From contig CM075988.1 in NCBI GenBank assembly GCA_038087875.1, positions 21,516,001 through 21,580,000 of the forward strand: a DNA stretch of 64,000 nt. The letters are read 5' to 3'. Under the pieces are notes generated by a model that was given only the letters and a program-made list of their open reading frames with translations, was not told the origin of the DNA and did no database searches. The stretch's first letter is position 1. Each line of letters begins with the position of its first letter. This DNA is from Malacoraja senta. Taxonomy: Eukaryota. A program made the translations under genes and the position numbers. Below are positions 59,271 through 64,000 of this stretch, one piece after another.

Positions 59271-59921
59271 TTTGAACCTTGTCATTGTGTTCAACACGGA
59301 TACGGCGGGCCGAAGGGCCTGTTCTCAAGCTGTACTCTTCTATATTTATCGTCTTAGTGAGAGGCTGTCAGTTGTTAGACTTCAAACAGAAGAGAATTGA
59401 GCAGCTATTATGGTGGAGGGGAATATGAAATTCAACGAGTACTTTGCAAAAACGTGGTGAGCAACCTTGACATTTGCTTAGTTCATTCAAGTTGAACAAA
59501 GGGAAACTAGCCAGCGCAATAAGACGACCCTTTAATTCATACCCCGCATTATTCAACGTTTGGACCAATTTATGCCCCGTAAGGTGACTAGATCACCCTG
59601 TTATTCAGTGGTACTGAGCACACACCATTGCATAGCCTAGGTACCGCAATTAACACTGCTCAGCTCATTAAACCCAACCTATTCCCCACTGCTGCTGCAA
59701 CAACTTTTTCACCTCTTCAGCTCTCCTGATTTCTGACGGATTTAATATGGTGAACAATCGGAGTTTATGGTAGGATAGAACTAGTGCACTGGCGATTGTG
59801 GACAGTGTGGAATCGATGGGCCAAAGGGCCTGTTTCCAAGCTGTGTCTCTAAATGAAACGAAAGTAAATGTAATTGCCACCACATCTACAAGATTCGGAG
59901 GATTCATGAGTCAAGAGACAG

Positions 59922-60250
59922 TGGGGTGGCACGGTGGTGGGGTGGCGGGGTGGTGGGGTGGCGGGGTGGTGCAGCGGTAGAGTTGCTGCCCTACAGCGCC
60001 AGAGACCCAGGTTCCATCCTGATTACGGATGCTGTCTGTACAAAGTTTGTACCTTCTCCCCGTGACCTGCGTGGGTTTTCTCCGGGTGCTCTGGTTTCCA
60101 CCCACACTCCAAAGACTTGCAGGTTTGTAGGTTCATTGGCTTCGGTAACTTGTCTCTGGTGTGTAGGAAAGAACTAATATATGGGTGAGGATGGTCGGTG
60201 CGGACACGGTGGGCCAAAGGGCCTGTTTCCATGCTGTCTCTCGAAACTAA
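59922..60250 (+). mobile_element. HE1-like SINE with expanded head
   Basis: (GGGGTGGY)n expansion before gcagcggtagagttgc. Confidence 0.8.
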
Positions 60251-61088
60251 GTCAAATGAACAAGTCACTGGATATTTTTAAGGTAGAGATTGATAGATTC
60301 TTGATTAATACGGGTGTCAGGGGATTAATGGGGAAAAGGCAGGAGAATGAGTTTGAGAGTGAATGAATGGCGGAGCAGACTTGATGGGCCAAATGGCCTA
60401 ATTATGCTCTTAGAACGTATGAACATACACTATGAAACTTATGAGGCTCATCCTTCCTCAGACATGGGGCCAAAGCTGCTCACAATACTGCAAATGCGGT
60501 CTGACCAGTGCCTTATAGAGCCTCCTTACCTAGATTCCTCATAAGGATTCCTTACTTAGTACACAGCAGCCATAAAAGTTGTAGGTAAAACTTTTGAGAG
60601 TTTTCATTAACTCAGAAGGCAATAAATGTGTTTGTAGCAATGCTGTATTAAGCGTCGGATCGGTAAGCCACTTGCTTCCAGCTCGATGATTCATTACAGG
60701 GTTGAAGTGCTGTAATTCCTTTTACTCTATGAGATTAACACCGAGCTGTATTGCATTAGATTCCTGTGTTTCTGGAAATGAAATTTCCACGGCTTTAATG
60801 GACAATGTCCCGTGGAATTTATTGTAGGGAAGTCGATACACTGAAACTGCACATTACAAGCTTGCGGTTTGAGAAATGTTAACACAATTTCTAATTATTA
60901 CATTTTAGGTAAATTACCATTACTAAATGTGCAGGCTGTTAATAAATGCATAGGTGGGGTCATAGTATTAAGCACAGCAAAAGGCCCTTCTGCCCGCCAT
61001 TTTGATGCTAGCCATCGTGCCTATCTATACTAATCCATTCTCCAGGACATGTTCTGTAGCTGTCTATGCCTTGGGGATATAAGAAAAT

Positions 61089-61597
61089 AAACTCCCCTTC
61101 CCATTCCCACACTGACCTTTCTGTCCTGGGCCCCCTCCACTGTCAGAGTGAGGCCCAACACAAATTGGAGGAACACCACCTCATATTTCACTTGGGCAGC
61201 TTACAACCCAGCGGTATGAATATTAATTGCTCTAATTTCAAGTAATGCTTGCATTCTTTCTTTCTCCATCCCTCCCCCACCCAAGTCGGCCTGCTAGATT
61301 CACTGTCGTCCTGCTTAGATTCACACTTTGTACCTTTTTCACAGCCAACAATGGACCATTGTGGGCTCCACCTTTCCTTGATCATCATTGCTGGCTTTGA
61401 TTTGTTCTCTTCATACCTTTCATTCATTTGTTCTTTGTGCTTTCTTATCGCTAGTTTCCCTCTCCCCCGACTCTCAGTCTGAAGAAGGGTCTCGACCTAT
61501 TCCTTTTCTCCAGAGATGCTGCCTGACCCGTTGAATTACTTCAGCATTTTGTGTCTATCTTTGGTCTAAACCGGCATCTTCAGTTCTTTCCTACACA
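61089..61597 (+). mobile_element. PLE 3' remnant (GIY-YIG end, 3' UTR, terminal unit)
   Basis: NSPSHSHTDLSVLG.LHCQSEAQHKLEEHHLIF.LGSLQPSGMNI; the core at 61479 has lost GAAA. Confidence 0.85.
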
Positions 61598-61709
61598 AAA
61601 TCGATCTCTGCAAGCTTCAGAACTGCTGATAAGTGATGTACTGTAGATGGTGAAACTTTCTAGTGAGCGCTGAGGTGGAAAAGATTAGATCCACTGTTGG
61701 TGGCCCCTT

Positions 61710-63922
61710 GTTTAGTTTGGTTTACCAATACAGCATGGAAACAGGCCCTTCAGCCCACTGAGTCCGAGACGATCATCAATCACCCGTTCACACTAGTTCT
61801 ATGTTATCCCATCCACTCATCGCACACTAGAGGTGATTTACAGAGGGACGATTAACCTACAAACCCGCACGCCTTTGGGACGTGGGAGGAAACCGGAGCA
61901 CCCGGAGGTAACCCACGCAGCCACTGGTCGAACTCCACAAAGACAGCACCCGAGGCCAGGATCGAACCCTGGCCTCTGGCGCTGTGAGGCAGCGAATCTA
62001 TCACCACTGTGCCACCTTGATTGATTGGATTCCCTTTCTCTGGCAGCTGCAGCTTTTTTTCATATCGGAGAAGGCTCCGAACCAGTTGGACATAAAAATT
62101 TTACTGTAATTCAAAGATCGCTTTACAGGCAACCCTTGCAGTATGAGTGATGAAAATTCGCCCATGTAGAATTCACAAATCACTGCCCGAGAATTTGAGA
62201 CATGGAATAAATTTCACTCACATTTATGCGAAAAGAATTAAAGATAACACGACAACATTTATTTCTCCGTTGCCTGCACATATGACGTAGGTTCATGTTA
62301 CAGATATGGACCATTTTGTTGGGGTTATGTGTATGAACCGTGACATTTTAATGTTGTTTTATTTGTTCCTGGCCGAGACACACATCTATTCACGTTGCAG
62401 ATGTAATCTTATTGTTCAGCCTGAAAAGGCAACTAGAGAGCGGTCCTGACCTCCCATCTACTTCACCGGAAGCCCTCGGACTATCTTTCATCGGATTTTA
62501 CTGGACTTTATTTATTTTTTTTAAAGTTTAGTTTAGAGATACAGCACGGAAACAGCGCCTTCGGCCTACCGAGTCCACACCAACCATTAACGCTATCCTA
62601 CACACACTAGGGACAATTTACACATACTCCAAGCAATTTAACCTACAATCCTGCATGTCTTTGGAGTGTGGGAGGAAAGAGAAGATATCGGAGAAAACCC
62701 ATGCAGGTCACGGGGGGAACGTACGAAATCCATACAGACAGCACCCGTAGTCAGGATCAAACCCGGCGCTACAAGCACTACAAGGCAGGAACTCTACCGC
62801 TGCACTACCGTGTTGCCCCAATCTTGCACTAAATGTTATTCCCTTTATCATGTATCTGTGATGGATGTTTGTGTAAATTGTGTAAATTGTGTAAATTGTG
62901 TAAATTGTGTTGTGTCTTGGTTCTTTTCTTGTTGTATGACTGCAGAAACCAAATTTCGTTTGAACTTCATTTGAGGTCCAAATGATAATAAACGGTATTG
63001 TATTGTATTGTACACTGTGGATGGCTCATTTATAATCATGTATAGTCTTTCTCCTGACTGGGTAGCACGCAAGAAAAAATCTTTTCACTGTACCTTGGTA
63101 CACGTGACAATAGACAATATGTTAGAAAAATTGAGTTTAGTTTAGTTTAGTTTAGTTCAGTTTAGTTTTCTTTAGTTTAGTTTAGGCAAAAGGCAAACCT
63201 CCCAAAGCCACCAGTACATTCCTGATCGTGACTTCATCCTCATCAAAATCCAGGGACATTGTATGTTTAGTTTATAGAGATACAGCCGGAAACAGGCCCT
63301 TCAGCCCACCGAATCTGCACCGACCAGCGATCCCCGCACATTAACACTATCCTACACACACTAGGGACAATTTACACATACACCAAGCCAATTAACCTAC
63401 CAACTTGTACGTCTTTGGAGTGTGCGAGGAAACTGAAGATCTCGGAGAAAACCCACGGGTTCACAGGGAGAACATACAAACTCTGTACAGACAGCACCTG
63501 CAGTCGGGATCGAACCCGGGTCTCTGGCGTTGCAAGCGCTGTAAGTTAACAACTCTACCGCTGCGCCACCGTGCCGCCCTATGTGCCAATACATTTATTT
63601 CCACCCTCTGAAATTCATTTAAAAATGGGGGTGGCACAGTGGTAGAGCTGCTGCCTACCAGCGCCAGAGACTCGGGTTCGATTCTGACTACGTGCTCTCT
63701 GTATGGAGATTGTGCGTTCTCCCCGTGACCATGTGGGCTTTCCCCGGGTGCTCCGGTTTCCTTCACCACTCCAAAGACGTGCAGGTATTAGGTTAATTCG
63801 CTACGGTAAAATTGTAAATTCTCCCTAGTGTGTTAGTGTACGGGGTGATTGTTGGACGGTGCGGACACGGTGGGCTGAAGGGCCAGTTTCCGCCCTGTAT
63901 CTCTAAAGTCTAAAAGTCTAAA
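61710..63922. mobile_element. Cluster of HE1-like SINEs (61710-62018 -, 62527-62818 -, 63266-63580 -, 63628-63922 +) and a split Rex1-like remnant (62415-63115)
   Basis: Each SINE has a head, V-domain and tail. Confidence 0.8.
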
Positions 63923-64000
63923 GCAAGGTTGTATGAGATTCCATTGTACAATGCAGCAACTTTATTCAAGACTAGACTAAGTGGGACCTGTTGGGTCCCA

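Overview
Eukaryotic, repeat-saturated vertebrate DNA. It is most likely from a cartilaginous fish (skate, ray or shark), inferred from about 30 copies of a tRNA-derived V-domain SINE matching the HE1 family and its partner CR1-clade (HER1-like) LINE tails. No host protein-coding exon could be recognised, so the window reads as intergenic or intronic, with one 200-N assembly gap. Every ORF with a recognisable product is retrotransposon-derived: a near-full-length Rex1/Babar LINE (APE plus RT, two frameshifts; 30592-33819), a Penelope-like element (PLE) 3' half with an intact GIY-YIG endonuclease (26930-27864), and 3' fragments of CR1, L2, L1 and Tx1. Non-coding mobile DNA includes three TAA-targeting PIF/Harbinger-type MITE families, one hAT-type MITE, a GC-rich non-coding retroposon carrying alternative Rex1-type tails, and an RTE-like short element with a 36-bp target duplication. 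The most notable signal is the PLE terminal unit. It carries a minimal hammerhead-ribozyme-like core (CUGAAGA-A-GGGU-YUCG-RCCC-GAAA-CGUH), occurs in roughly 30 or more copies, and inserts alone (about 90-120 bp) or as fold-back palindromes with 12-15 bp TSDs. Its 5' boundary is repeatedly pinned at the start of the core, and it heads a roughly 0.5-kb inverted duplication of otherwise unique sequence (36535-37063 vs 57501-58407). All calls were made by eye; boundaries of old repeats are approximate.
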